Shown here: one piece after another, positions 27,831 to 42,200 of the stretch | Layout: each line of letters begins with the position of its first letter | How positions within the stretch are numbered: position 1 is the stretch's first letter | NCBI RefSeq assembly: GCF_009914755.1 | Contig: NC_060943.1 | DNA length: 64,000 nucleotides | Direction: 5' to 3' (one strand) | Source: the human T2T-CHM13v2.0 reference genome, Homo sapiens | Notes under the pieces: generated by a model | The model's input: only the letters and a program-made list of their open reading frames with translations | What the model was told of the DNA's origin: nothing | The model's database searches: none | Program-made: the position numbers and the translations under genes

Positions 27831-29699
27831 TCAATTTTTGCTTTTAGATCCTTAACCATCTTCCTTTTATTTTGATGTAAAAAGTGAATTAGGGTTCCAG
27901 TTTTATTCTTTGTGTCCTTTCTCCAACCCAATGGCTAGCCAATTGAACCAAACACCATTTATTAAATAATTCTTCTTTATCCCACTCATTTAAAAGCCAC
28001 CTTTATTATTTATTAAATTCTCATGTGAGTTTACCCTAGTTCAGTATGCTCTATTTTACTCAATTGACATGTCTGCTTTTTCTGCACCTGTTTCAAACCA
28101 TATCAATGATTTTGCAATTCAGTGTAGTATCTGGTCAGGCTTATTCTTTTTTTTTTCAGAATTTTACTATCTAGTTTTGTATTTATTTTATGTGATATTT
28201 AATCTTATTTTAAAATTATATTCCCCAGAAAATGCTCCGTAGAATTTTTCGGGGGTGGCAGGGGGAGGAGAAGGTAAAAAGCTACATTAAGTTTATAGAT
28301 TTATAGGAAGAATTAATATTGTTATGACTTGGAGTCTTACGTCTAAGAGCAAAATAGGGCTTCCTATTTATGTTGCCCAGTCATTCTAAATAATTGTTCC
28401 TTATTTAGCCCCTAAATTCATATTGAGGTTTATTTCTGGGTATATTCTCTTCTCTCTCTTTTCTCCTCTCTGTCCCTCTCTCTCTGCCTCTCTATCTCTC
28501 TGTCTGTCTCTCTCATTGTATCCCATTGTAAATCAAATCTTTTTCTCGATCATGTTTTTCTAATTGGTTATTGTCTGGGTTAACTTAAACCACTGATTTT
28601 TGTATATTCATTTTATAACCAGCCACCTTGTTAAATTTTCCTATTGTTTTTAACATCTTTTTTCAGCAGGTTCTCATAAGTATTCTGGTACGGAGTCATA
28701 TCTTTTTGCAAATAATCATAACCTGCTCTTTTTTTAAACAATTTTAGAATTCATGCTTCTTGCTCCTTTTCCATTGCAATGACTAATATATTTGAGAGAA
28801 ATGCGCAGTAAGAGTGGTGGAAGTGGACATCCTGTCCCTGACTTCAGCGTGCATGATTTCAGCATTTCAGCATCGAGCATCTGGTTGTATGCATGTTACA
28901 GAAATATCCTTCTATGACTATTTGGTTGATTGTTTATTTGTTTTAATCAGGGATTTGTGTTTAAATTTATAAATGCCTCTTATGGAATTTGTGGAGATGA
29001 TCAAATATTTTTCTCTGACATAATATTAAAATAGTGAATCATATTAATAGATTGCCTTATATTAAAACCTCTTTTTATTTAAGGAAATAACCCTATTTGA
29101 TCAAGGCCTGTTATTCTTTTTAATGTACTACTGCTGCAATCTCCTTAAAAATGTTATTTAGAATTTGTTATTTGCATTGCTGTTACAAAGCATGATTGAT
29201 TGATTTTTAATATTTTCGTCAGGTTTGATAACCATATTATATCACCTTCAAAAAAAGAATTTGGAAATTTTTCTTCTCTCTTTTAGCTCTTAGAGAGTTA
29301 AAATAGCATGGGTGTCATCTGTCTTGAGAAAGACTGATAAAATTAACCTGTGAAAACACCAGGGCCTGGTGCATTTTTGAGGCAGCTCCCTGAGAACTCT
29401 TTCAATTATTTTTTTCATGGTCCTTGCCCTGTTTAAATTTTTTCTCTCTCCTCTGTGGTCAATTTCGGTAACTACCCTTTTCACAAAAAGGCATTAACTT
29501 AATCTATTTAAAGCTACTTGCACAAAATTAAATATTGTGTTATTTTATATATATTATTTAGTGTTTATAGTTGTATCCATGTTACTGTTTCTGATTTCGT
29601 GAATTTGGGCTTCACAAATTGAAGATACTTGGTTCCTCGTTTTCTATATTGTGAACTGAATGTTCATTTCACCTATTTTCTTGCTTTCTTATTGAATAG

Positions 29700-30220
<521 letters not shown>

Positions 30221-31529
30221 TGAATAGCTTACATTTTAAGGATTATATTCTCCCTCCTGTTATATCTTTAACCCCTATGCCACACAATTTTTTTAACCAG
30301 AGATTCTGCAATTTCCCTTTCATTTCCACTTTATCCTGAGTAATTTCTATCTTTAAAAAGTTTTTAAATGTTTTTTGTTTTGTTTTGTCTTCTATTTTAA
30401 GAATTAATATCTAAATCCATATACATCCTACACAGAGACTGTTGGCCTATCTGTCTTAAGCATGGTTCTGTACTAGAATTCCATGTGAGCAAAATGTGGT
30501 CTATTGCGTTTTATTCCACGGACAACAAAAAGAGTGTTTGTTTTCTATTTTAAGCGAATGGAATTTTGTGCATCTCTATTGGCTTTACTGTATACATTGT
30601 GCTGTTTATTTCTTCATATGCTTCCTAGTTTTTAAGTACTTGATTAGCGATGAGTTAAAGTCTCACTATTTTGTTTTGGTGATTTCTGCTTTTTAATTTC
30701 TTACTTTTTGTATTTGTTTTTGTTTTGCTTCATATTGTTCTTTGTGAATTTCTTTAGTGTATAATGCCCCACTTAGGTAATTGGGTCTTGTTCAATTGAT
30801 TGTTATGAAGTGTCTCTTAGTCTAGTTAAACACCTGCCTTAAATTTAAACTTAACTGATAAAATTATCAAAATCTTTCCTTTTTTCTTAGTATGTGTTTG
30901 TGTTCTGTCTTTGCCAATCATTACAATTCTAATCTTTCTGATTCACTTTACCTTAGATGAGTTAAATAGACAGCATAATATTTTGTTTTCCTTTCATCAT
31001 CCAATGAAATGGATATATCCGTTTCACTATACATACATCCAAAGAAAAGTATATTTTTATTAATAGATAAGATTGGCTTACTTATACTTATTGATGCAAA
31101 AAATGTATTTGGTTCTAGTTCTGTGATTTTACATTAAATCTTTCTTTTGTCTTTCTTTTGTTTTTGTCTTATGTTATCTGAGCTTTCTTTGTTTTATTGT
31201 GTATGTACTTGTATTTCTCCATTAATAGTATAGAAAAGTTGTTGCATTTTAAATATTCTAATAGTTACCTTTGTATATTTTCATAATACTCTCAAATCTT
31301 TTTGTTGATTTATTACTTTTTGTTTATTTTATTTGTTCCTTGTTTTAATATGGAATCCATAGGATTCTTTTTTTTTCCTTGAAATCTAAAATGCTCCAGG
31401 ATTTTCTAAGACTCTGTTTTTCAACCCAAAGTCTGCATTCCTTTATTTGAGGATAGTTTTCTTTTATTACATCTTTGGGGTTTTGTTACTTTTTTGGTAC
31501 AAGTTTAAAAGTGCAGTTTTGTATAAATT

Positions 31530-31690
31530 CTTTTTGTATTTGTATAAGTTTAAGGATGTATACATTTACAAGTGCAGTTTTATTACATGAATATGCTATG
31601 TAGTGGTGAAGTTTGAGTTTTTAGTGTAATCATTGCTGAAATAATGTACATTGTACCCACCACGTAATTTCTCATCCCTAACCCCCCATT
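31530..31690 (-). mobile_element. L1MA1-like 3' terminus
   Basis: TACAAGTGCAGTTTTATTACATG..TAGTGGTGAAGT..TGTACATTGTACCCA..TAATTTCTCATCCCT. Confidence 0.75.
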
Positions 31691-32229
31691 TTTTGTGTGA
31701 CTTTTCAAATACTCTTTTTTTTCGGGTGCACTAGTTATGTGCATGTTTAATTCTGTTTGTCTTGCTTATCTTTTTTTTTCTGTCATCCATTTTAGTTTTG
31801 GATGTTTTTAAAACTTTATTTTGTTTGATTGGTTTGATGGGCAATGCCTTCTCCTATGAACTTCAGATACTAATTTTTTCTTGCCTCTTTTGTGATGCTT
31901 AGCATTTGCTACCTAATTTGAGAGTAACTTAGGTACATGTCTGGATCCAAAATGAGATTCAGCTCTGTGAGGTCAGGAATTCTGTCTCCTCCATGGTGCC
32001 AAGCAGCAGACCAAGGTCCTCAAAGCAGCTCAATATATGTTCTTCATTAGAACCACAGTGTGTGGCCTTCAGCCAGTGTTGTCCCCAGAGAAGGGAGAGA
32101 GCAATGAGGGATGAAGTAGAAAGAGGAGACTTTTTCAGGACAGGAGATCCTGCAGGGGCCACAAAGGCAGGAATAGCAAAGCCCAGAGCTCACCGACTCA
32201 CATGCACACCCCCAGTATTCCACATTCCA

Positions 32230-32432
32230 TTCTGCTTTTCCCTGTAGTATTTTTCACACACATGTGATCCACTTATTTCTCATGTCTGTCTATATTTATT
32301 AATTCCCTGCTCTTCCTTGCAGGAAAGCAAGCTCTGTGGGGGACAGAAATTTTTGTTTGCTTTGCTAATTAGTACCTAGATCAGTGCTTTGCCCATAGAA
32401 GGTGTTCAGTAAATATTTTTTGAATGAACGGA
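32230..32432 (+). mobile_element. L2a 3' end
   Basis: AAGCTCTGTGGGGGACAGAAATTTTTGT..TACCTAGATCAGTGC..CATAGAAGGTGTTCAGTAAATATTTTTTGAATGAA. Confidence 0.75.
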
Positions 32433-32917
32433 AGCCAATAGGTGCCAGGCAAGTGACATGAAAGAGTGATGTGGACTTGATATTTACATACATATCTGTT
32501 TATTGGGCTATTCTGCTTTCACGAGCAAGAGTATTTTGTTGTATCTTACTTAAAGCATGCTGCCCCACCATCTCCCTTTTCTTTTTTTCTTCCTCTATGC
32601 TTTTTTTTTTTTTGTAGTGATAATTTAGGTACACAAAAGGGTTCCTTTACCATAATAACAAGAACACGTTTAGTGCAAGAATACATGCTGGCTGACACTC
32701 AGCCAGACTCTTAAGGTACAATAGGGAGTGGTGGGGACTGTGGAAAACTGGAGAGCAAATGCCCGGCCTCAAGGGGCAGCCTCTGCTCTCTTCCTGTGGT
32801 GCTGCCATAAGGGAAAGCTGGGCCGGTGTTGCCACAGCAACCTGTTTTTAAAATAAAGGTTCTGGGTCTTCATGTGAAACATCATTACTGCTAAACGTTC
32901 ACTCAAACATTTTTAAA

Positions 32918-32940
32918 ACACACACACACACACACACACA
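32918..32940. repeat. (CA)11 microsatellite
   Basis: Direct reading. Confidence 0.95.
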
Positions 32941-35509
32941 AATACAAAACAATGACAAAAAAACTAACCTTCTTTGGGTCAAGATCAAATAAAGCAAGCT
33001 GGGTCCTGGAAGGGACAGTGGAACTGCCTGGTGGTGACATTCACCCAGATGGGGAATGGAAGTCCTGCAGGTTCCGGTGATTCCTGGCTTTTCCTCCTGC
33101 CATCCAGGGGTCTGTGGGCACCCTCCCTCCTCTGAGACGGCCTCTCTCCTGGGCCACTGTGCAGAGTCTAAATGTCATCCCCATGTGTTGCAGTGGTGGC
33201 TCTGGAGACATCGGGGTGAGCTGTCTAAAGGGGTGTCAACTCATTGGACAGGGTATAATTTCAGTCAACGTGTTCCTGTCTTATTTTAGTTCAACATCAT
33301 TTCCCAGTTGCAAACCTTTTGAATGACACACGAAATGCAAAACAACATAAAAGGTCCTCCCTCCGGCAGATCTGTGTCCATGCAGAACTTTAATTATTCT
33401 TTTTGAATCCTCATAATAATGTGCTACCCCAATTCTGGCAAAAAAAAAAAAATTGAAAAGTCTGATGGAAAAGATTTGTGTCACCTGTACTAGGATTCCA
33501 TTTTATTTTTTATAATAGTCTTTATATTTTTAGAAGTGCTGAACAAAAGGAAGGGGCTTCTAATCAAGAGTATTCTTTAGATACAGAGCATCAGACAATA
33601 TTTGTGATAAATAGAAAATAACTGCTCTGATAGTCTTCTGCGGTGACATTTAGAATATCACGTTTGTCTTTAGGAAGTATTTTTAGTCAGATTTGAAGAA
33701 CAGCATCTAACATACTTGCTTGGCAGGGAAGGGGCAGGTGGCTATGTTTAGTAGTTTTGAGATACTAGATTAAAAAACAAAATTTTCACCAGGAATGAAG
33801 CAGTTAGGTATTATTAGACTTTTTTTCCCCTTTTAAGAGCAGCAGAGGTGTCTCTCATAGATCATTACAGATGCTTCGAAGGTCTTTCTGGAAGTAACTG
33901 ACCTTCCTTCTCACATATCGTGCCAGAATTTTCATTCCAGAGTTTTAGAAAGGGGGTGTGGCCTCTCCATGCTGCAAGCTGGGTGTACAAAGCCCAGCTC
34001 TTCTCAGTGGGGGGACTCAGAGGCTGAAATCAAGCATCCTTTTTTTCTCTCCAGACTCATCAAACAGTCCATATTAGATGAAATCTGAGCCCAAGAGAGC
34101 TCCATTTTCTTTGAAAGCTATGCAGGGTGGCCTCCAAGCGCCAGACCTAAAAACAATATCTTTAAAACTGCCAGCCATAATTCAGTGTGATAAAGTAACT
34201 ATGTTTTTGTTTTAAACCTGAGAACATGTAAAGTTACAACAGACATAAGCTGGGTGAGGAGCAGCCGGGTGGGAGCCGGTGTCCCACAGGCTGGGTGGAT
34301 GCCGTGGGGCCCTGGGGCCAGCATCAGGACATAGCCCACTGGGATTCAGCTCTGCAGCTGCTTAGAGGCCGGGAACCTCACAGCGTCATCTGAAACCACC
34401 TGTGCTTCTAGGTCTTTCTCTCTCTTTCAAACCCTCTCCTCTTCAGGCTTCTTTCCTTGATTAATTTGTATTTTAAACGAAAACAGTTTGAAATGGTCCC
34501 CCAGACAGCGTGCAGTGCCCTTCAATTCATATCCGCACTCCTCAAAACAGAAGATTAAAAATAAGTTTCTGGCTTCTGCACTTAAATGGAAACCTTTAGT
34601 AATCAAAACTAGCTCACCATCAACTTCCCGGCTTGAAACGTCCATTTCTCCTGCTGATGCAAGAGAGAGAGTTAGTTATTTCCATTGGCTTTCAACTGAC
34701 CCTTAGGCAGATGGGAAGAATGGGTTCCCTGTTATTTATTTGGGTGTTTTGGGCAATTTGCTGTACATAAAAGCTCTAAATATGGCAGCAGCTGATATTG
34801 CCCCAAAGAAGGAGGTTAATAATGTAGATTTAAATGGTGTTTAGCAAAAGCAAAATCTCAGAGACATCAGCAAAGTTCAAGTGTCATTCAGAGTCTATGA
34901 ACCAGCAGTGTTTAGGGGAGTTCAATTTTCCTTTGGTTTTTGGGGGACAGCCTAATGCACCAAGTGCCATCATGTCCCCCCAGGGGCATGTTTGGCTTGG
35001 GGCCATGGCAGGGCCTCATGCCCACCGGTGGGTCAGAAGTGGCCGTTCTGGATGTGTTGTTCGAAAACCTAAGATTTGGTGCCTTGCTGGAGTCGCATAA
35101 TAGACAGCGTCACTTTCACACCTCTTAAAAGTCTTTTTAAAAATAGTCCCTCTAGCAGGAGGCTTATTTGGGATGCTGTGCTTTACACCTCTGTATTTTC
35201 AGACTATCTGGGGATGCTTTTTATATATGTCGTTTTACCCTCAGCTCCCTGGTTCCCCGCTACGCAGCTGTAGGTTGAAGGCCCAGCTTTGGGAGTCACC
35301 AGGGAGACGGGGAGGTCAGATGTTTGGGGTGGTGCTTTGGGGAGGAAAAGCAGGCTGCTGGCCCTGACAGACTCACCACCTGCAGGCCACCTCACCGGCT
35401 GCCTGCGATGCTGGAACCCCAAATACCTCACTTCCCTGACCTCCTGTATCCTCCAAGGCAGACAACCTAGGAAGCCCCTGCCCCATCTTGGACCCAGAAC
35501 CCACTCCTC

Positions 35510-36490
35510 CTAGAGTTTTTTTTTTTCTTTTATCTCTGTTAACAGCAGCTCTCTGTCCTTCTGGTTTTTTCCAGCTAAAAATCTTGTGTTTTTTTTTTTG
35601 TTTTTTTGTTTTTTTTTTTTTTTGAGATGGGATCTTGCTGCATCACCCAGACTGGAACACCAGTGGAACAATTGGTGTCATTCTTGACCCTTCTTTTTGT
35701 CTCCTACCCCATATCCATTCCAACAGCAAATCTGCAGACTGCACCTTCAAAATACAGATAGAAAGAATAGCCTTTGCCATCTCCTTATCCACCCTGCCAT
35801 GAGATGGGCCTAGACCAGGAACAGCCCTTATTTCGTTATCAAACAGAATCCTAGCTGGTCTCCTGGCTTCTTCCCTGGGTACTATTTTCAGCACAGTGGT
35901 CTGAGTGATTCTCTTAAATGTTGCATTAGACCTTGTCACTGCTATGCTCAGATTCTTGGGGGCTCCCAATGCCTCTAGAGCCAAGGCAGTGGCCAGCAAT
36001 CCCCATGCAATCTGGCTTGCCACTATGCCCTGGCTTTGAGTCTTGCTATCTCTTGGCTCTCTGCCTTGCTCAGTCTGGTCTGGCCACACTGGCCTCCTTG
36101 TTGTGCTCAGGCCCAGCAGCCTCCCAGGGCCTTTGCATGGGCTACAGCCTCTGCTGCTACAATGACTTCTCCATGCATAATTGCAAGGTTGGTTTGATCC
36201 CTCACCTTTTCTGGGTCTTTGTTCCACTGTAGCCTCTCAGTGAGGCCTCCCTGAGTCCTCCTATTTAAGATTTGGACCAGCCCCATCCTAGAATTCCCTC
36301 TGCCTCTTTCTGCTTAGTTTGTCTCCAGGCCTTTTATTACTGTTTGCATGTTACAGAGCTGCAAATGTTGGGGTGTTATCTGTTTTGTTTGATAGTGGAT
36401 CCCGTAGCACTCTGAATAGTGTCTGGTACTGGAGGGGCCTCAGTGCATTTTGTATAAATGAATGAGTGAATGACTAAATGAATGAACAGA
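35510..36490 (+). mobile_element. L2a, ~1 kb 3' portion
   Basis: GTCATTCTTGAC..CACCTTCAAAATA..CTGGTCTCCTGGCTTC..GCCACACTGGCCTCCTTG..CAGGGCCTTTGCA..CTCAGTGAGGCCTCCCTGA, ending in a TGAATGA tail. Confidence 0.8.
35589..35666 (-). mobile_element. Severely 5'-truncated Alu (tail plus ~45 bp) inside L2
   Basis: Poly-T, then GAGATGGGATCTTGCTGCATCACCCAGACTGGA..CAGTGG; L2 sequence resumes afterwards. Confidence 0.7.
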
Positions 36491-37286
36491 CTGACTCTAC
36501 AGAGTCCCATGTTTCATGGGTTAGAGAAGTGGTGTCCTTTATTGGAAATGGGCTTCGGAGTGATTCTGGCTGTGTGGTCATGACTGCTTTGTGTGACTTC
36601 TCTGCCTCTCCTTCATAAATGACTCAAAGAGGTCCAGGACTTGTCTGGCGTATTGTGGGGTGTGTGGCACTCTGGGGTGTGGGTATGCCTTGGGAGCCCT
36701 ATAATAGCATAGTAGTCAGGTGGATGGGTCCAGGCTCAGCCGTATGCCCATGTGACCCCTGGTTGCTTGGCCCTCCAAGTTGACCCCTCCTGTTCCCTCC
36801 TGTCTTTCCAGACCCACCAGGTTTCCCACACAGGGTCATCTATGAAAGCTTTTAGCATCTGTCTCCATTCCCACTGTGAGGACCTGTGCCTGTTTCTGGA
36901 ATCTAGAGCCTGCCTTGAGCCTCAGGGTGCTGCCCTTACCTCATCAACTGCTAGCTCCCCTGGGAATCTGAGCCCGAGCCCAGAATGATCTAACAGTGTT
37001 GGGAAAGCCCTTAACACATGCAGTGATGGCTTCCTAGGTAGTAACACTTTTATGATCATGCCATGTATTCTTGATTCTGAGCTACCATCACCTATATAAT
37101 GGGCCATCTTTGGAAGGAAAACAATAAAAAGCCTGATCTCTATTGTAAAGTGCATTATTATTTCAGGCTTGTTCAGTTTTAAATATGTCTGGAGTCTTGG
37201 TGTTGAGGATCTACAGAAGCTTGGGTTTGTTAGGGAGCAGGGCTGATTTGGGCTCAGCCATCAGGGTGTGTCCTTGGAATACCAGG

Positions 37287-37669
37287 TGATATGGTTTGGC
37301 TTTGTATCCCCCACCCAAATCTCATCTTGAGTTGTAATTCCTATAATCTCTACATGTCAAAGGAGGGACCCAGTGAGAGGTGATTGGATCATGGAGGCAG
37401 TTTCTCCCATGCTGTTCTAGTGATAGTGAGTGAGTTTTCATGAGATCTGAGGGTTTTATAAGTGTTTGGCAAGTTCCTCCTTTCCTCACTCTTCTCTCTC
37501 CTGCTGCCTTGTGAAAAAGGACATGTTTGCTTCCTCTTCTGCCATGATTGTAAGTTTCCTGAGGGCCTCCCCAGCCATGCAGAACTGTGAGTCAATTAAA
37601 CCTCCTTTGTTTATAAATCACCAGGTCTTGGGCAGTATCTTTATAGCAGTATGAAAATGGACTAATATA
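37287..37669 (+). mobile_element. THE1D-like MaLR solo LTR
   Basis: TGATATGGTTTGGCT...GAAAATGGACTAATATA; perfect 5-bp TSD CCAGG (37282-37286 and 37670-37674). Confidence 0.92.
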
Positions 37670-38004
37670 CCAGGAATGCAGCCAGGCTCAAGGAGCCAGC
37701 TTCTCTCACAATGAGGCCAGAGCTGAGGGTGGGCCCACAGGTGAGCATAGGTAACCAAGCACAGCTGAGCTCTGCCCCTCACACAATAAAGGGTATGACT
37801 CACTGGGCCCCACTCTGACCTCACCCCCCAATCAGGGAGTCATGATCACTTGACCAACAGAGGCCCAAGAAGCATTGGATCTCAAAAATCACCTATTTGG
37901 ATTTTCCCAGTGAGAACACCATTCTAATCTAGGAGGAAAGCTAGTTAACTTGTGTTGGCCTCATTATATGTCCTAAAATGAGAAATGATAATTATTAATA
38001 TAAA

Positions 38005-38235
38005 CTAACAATATTAGGAACTACCATTTATGAAATTATTTCTCCGTGTTAGGAATTATACCAGAAGGTTGATATTATTTGAATTATTTTAGTCCTGTTA
38101 AGAAGCGGGCAAGGTTGGCATTACTGCATCCACCTTGCAGGTGAAGAAGCAGTGTCAGATAGGTTTAAAAATTCACTCAAGGTCATAATGTTGAGAGGTT
38201 ATGAAAACAAGAGGCAAAATTATCTAATCTCCAGG
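38005..38235 (-). mobile_element. MIR SINE
   Basis: CTACCATTTATGAA..CATCCACCTTGCAGGTGAAGAA..TTCACTCAAGGTCAT is antisense MIR. Confidence 0.55.
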
Positions 38236-39753
38236 ATCCCTCATTCAGGGAGCTCCCCAGCCCAAGTCAGTTCAAACCGTTTCTGGACAGAAACAGTAAC
38301 CTGGATACACCTGCTTCCATGTTCTGGCTCCTTTATGCCATGTAGGCATGCCATGGACTCTGTGTTGGTGAATGACATGCCCTTTGGGGGTTGGAGCTGA
38401 GGGCTGAATGCATGGGGGCTGAGAAAGGCCTCTTGACCTATTCATTCCCATGTCTCAGGACATCCTTGATTAAAAAAAAATGGTAGCTGCCCTATAGAAT
38501 TGAAACGGTGGCAGTGGCTAAAATATTTTAAAATGATTTTTTTCCACACACGTGGGCAAGAGGTTATATTGTAAGTTCAATGCTAATCACAGTTATTTAC
38601 CAAGAAAAAAACATCCATGTAAAAGGGCAGGGCATTTGGTTCCAAAAAATGCCTGCTTGATTCTGCTACCGGCTGAGTCTGTCTCTATGGCAAGGAGCCG
38701 GGCAGGAGACGGCTCCGGCCAGAGCACGGGGATGATAAATAACTCACAGGTGTCAGACACACACAAGAATTATGCGTGTCTGACCTATGAGGGGATAAAT
38801 CCCACGTCTCTGCCGATGGCCAGGGGATGCGTCTTTAAGTGTCATAAAAATTTAGCAATTTTTTCCCCTTCCTAATTATCTTCTATATTTTTGCCAGATT
38901 TATTAAAATAAGATTTTCTGGGGGTTATTTTTTTTTTCTTTTCACTGGTAGAATGTGCTCTTTAGTATCATTTTACATAATTTAATACAATTTGTTCCAT
39001 CCATTGATTTTCATGGGGATACAAGCTGTTCGTTTGTGAGAAAGCTGGCATCGGCCAGAGTGCTGGCAAGACGGCACCTCGAGGAGCTCATTCTGGTTGC
39101 AAAGTTCGGTGGGGGCTTCAGCCATTTTTAAGGCAGGTTTAGTGGTGCTGGAGCCTGGGAGGCCTTTTCCCCCGCTACCCCCACTTGGAGGCTCAGGAAG
39201 GAGGCCGTCCGCTGCCCCAATGGGCTCAGGAGCACCGTGGGCCCCTGCACGACGCAAGGAAGCTCTCCCCCAACGTGCAGTCTGATGGAGAAACACAGGT
39301 GTTTCTTAATTACTCGTGCAGAAGGGAAGGGGATGCTGGGCGGATGTGCGGTGATGGTGACCGCGCCAGATAGGGATCCCGGCCAGCGGCGGCCTGCTCC
39401 CCGCACGGCCCCCACCCCAGCCACCTCGGTGTTGCATTTGGGAAGCCCTAACCTCCAGGCTGCCCTCCCGTCCTTCCCGGGTTTTCTTAATTCAATTGGG
39501 GTTGTGGATATTTTAGGAATTAGCCAAACCCCTGAAATGTGGAGGAGAGACAGAATGATGGGACTGGCAGTAAGGTGGGGAGTACTGGGCTCTGGAGGGT
39601 GGGGGCTCAATGACCCCTTTCATCTTGACAGGGCTCCTTCCTGAGCCTGGAAGCTGAAGGGTGCCCCTTGCTCCTCTGCTATCTGCCTCCCTGTGGGTCT
39701 GTTTCTGGGGGTAGATAAATGGTTAGGTACCAACGGAGGACATGAAAGTTCTA

Positions 39754-40035
39754 GGCTGGCTGGGTGCTCACGCCTATCATCCCAACACTTTGGTAGGCCA
39801 AGGCGAGAGGGTCATCTGAGGTCAGGAGTTTGGAAATAGCTTGGGGAATGTAGGGAGACCCCATCTCTACAAAAAAAAATAAGAAAATAGTCAGGTGGTG
39901 TAGTGGTACACATCTGTAGTCCCAGCTAATCGGGAAGCTGAGGGAAGAGGATCACTTGAGCCCAAAAGTTTGAGGCTGCAGTGAGCCATGGTTGTGACAC
40001 TGCACTCCAGCCTGGGTGACAGACCAAGGCCCTGT

Positions 40036-40071
<36 letters not shown>
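39754..40071 (+). mobile_element. AluJ with 35-nt A tail
   Basis: Diverged sense Alu; GAGGATCACTTGAGCCC and GAGGCTGCAGTGAGCCATG are J diagnostics. Confidence 0.9.
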
Positions 40072-40074
<3 letters not shown>

Positions 40075-40084
40075 TTTCTATGCT

Positions 40085-40170
40085 GGAGCTGGAAGACACA
40101 AGAATTGGGTTCCAGCCCTGCCTCCATTGTGCTGTGTGACCTTGGATAGGTTGCTTCACCTCTCTGGACT
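40085..40170 (+). mobile_element. MIR fragment
   Basis: TGGGTTCCAGCCCTGCCTCC..GCTGTGTGACCTTGGATAGGTTGCTTCACCTCTCTG. Confidence 0.7.
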
Positions 40171-40959
40171 CTTAAATAATGACACTCTTAAATTCCCTCT
40201 TAAATAATGACACTCAAGTTCTCTGTACAGGAGAGAGGGGTTCCGCAGATTCTCTGAAGGCTCTCATATTCTATGATGCGCTGAGCTGTAGAAGACACAG
40301 ACCAGGGAGGAATTTTCCTGCGTTGACCTTCCCCTGACATTGTCCTGCCTCTAGGGGTGGCCTGAGATGGGCGGAGGACCAGTGAGGAGAGGCGAAGATG
40401 GGTGCAATACCACTCAGCTCAGCTCTGACCCTGCGGGTGCAGCTTGCAGTAATGGCTCAGCACCAATATGACCCACGGCCTCCCAGGGCTGGGTGGCTCC
40501 GGCCATGACTGCTTCTTCTCTGAGTGTCCATCACGCCTCAACCCAGAACCCGTGTCCCCCGTACCACCCCTGCTTCCCGTGGGGAGGGCTTGGAAACTGT
40601 GGCTGTCATGTCACACAGACAGACGGGAATGCAGCCTCCTCCCGGGTGGAAGGCTTTCTGCACGAGGGTGCCCCAGACAGTGATGAATCATCTCCCCTCC
40701 AGCACCCCTGGGGGAACGCTAAGTAGGCCAAATGAAATGATCCGAGCTGGCTGTGGGCCAGGGCAACAGGGCTAATCCTTGCCTTTGTGGGAGAGCCTGG
40801 GACCAGAGGGTCTGCCACCAGTCACAGCCGCCTGCTACGATGCTGGCCCCGTGGCTCTGCCACCACCCCAGGACCCTGTAGGCCTCCTGACTGCTCCTTC
40901 AACTCCCTGTGCTTTCCAACAGACATACAGCTCTGCACCGAGGAGGACAGAAAACATAG

Positions 40960-41571
<612 letters not shown>

Positions 41572-41699
41572 CAGGAGTCACTTTTAAAGCACCTACCGAA
41601 TGCCCACACCTGTGGGAGGGAGAGGAGACTGGACCCTCTGCAGCTGCTATGTATGGGGCTTAGACTTTGTGTGGCACAGCAGGGTACCAGGTATGGAGA

Positions 41700-42200
41700 G
41701 CAGTTATCACTGAAGGCTTGCTCAGTGCCAAGTGCTGGGCTAAGTGCTAGACAATTGCCTTTTATTTATTTAATTTTGTTTTTTTGAGACAGAGTCTTAC
41801 TCTGTCTCCCAGGCTGGAGTGCAGTGGCATGATCACGGCTTACTGCAGGCTCGACCTCCTCGGGTTCAGGTAATCCTCTTACCTCAGACTCCTAAGTAGC
41901 TGGGACCACAGGCAGGTATCACCGTGCCTTTCCAATTTTGTATTTTTGTAGACAGGGTTTTGCCATGTTGCCCAAGCTGGTCTCAAACTCTTGGGCTCCA
42001 GCCATTCACCCACCTCGGCCTCCCAAATTGCTGGGGTTATAGGCATAAGCCACCATGCCCAGCCTGATAATTGCCTTTTAAATTCTTGCAACGGTGCAAC
42101 GAAGTGGACGTCCTTATTATCTCTTTTGTAAAAGAAGGGGCAAGGCTCAGAGAGATCAAGTAATGCTCAAGGTTACAGAGCTGGTGAATGCAGAACCCGC
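41700..42200 (-). mobile_element. MIR split by an AluJ
   Basis: CACTGAAGGCTTGCTCAGTGCCAAGTGCTGGGCTAAGTGC on the left and GGCTCAGAGAGATCAAGTAATGCTCAAGGTTACAGAGCTGGT on the right. Confidence 0.7.
41760..42064 (-). mobile_element. AluJ
   Basis: Antisense Alu with J diagnostics; TSD GA[C/T]AATTGCCTTTT. Confidence 0.92.

Noticed and set aside
40037-40071. 35-nt pure A tail as a sign of recent insertion
   Set aside because: The Alu body is a heavily diverged AluJ, so the tail more likely re-expanded by slippage.
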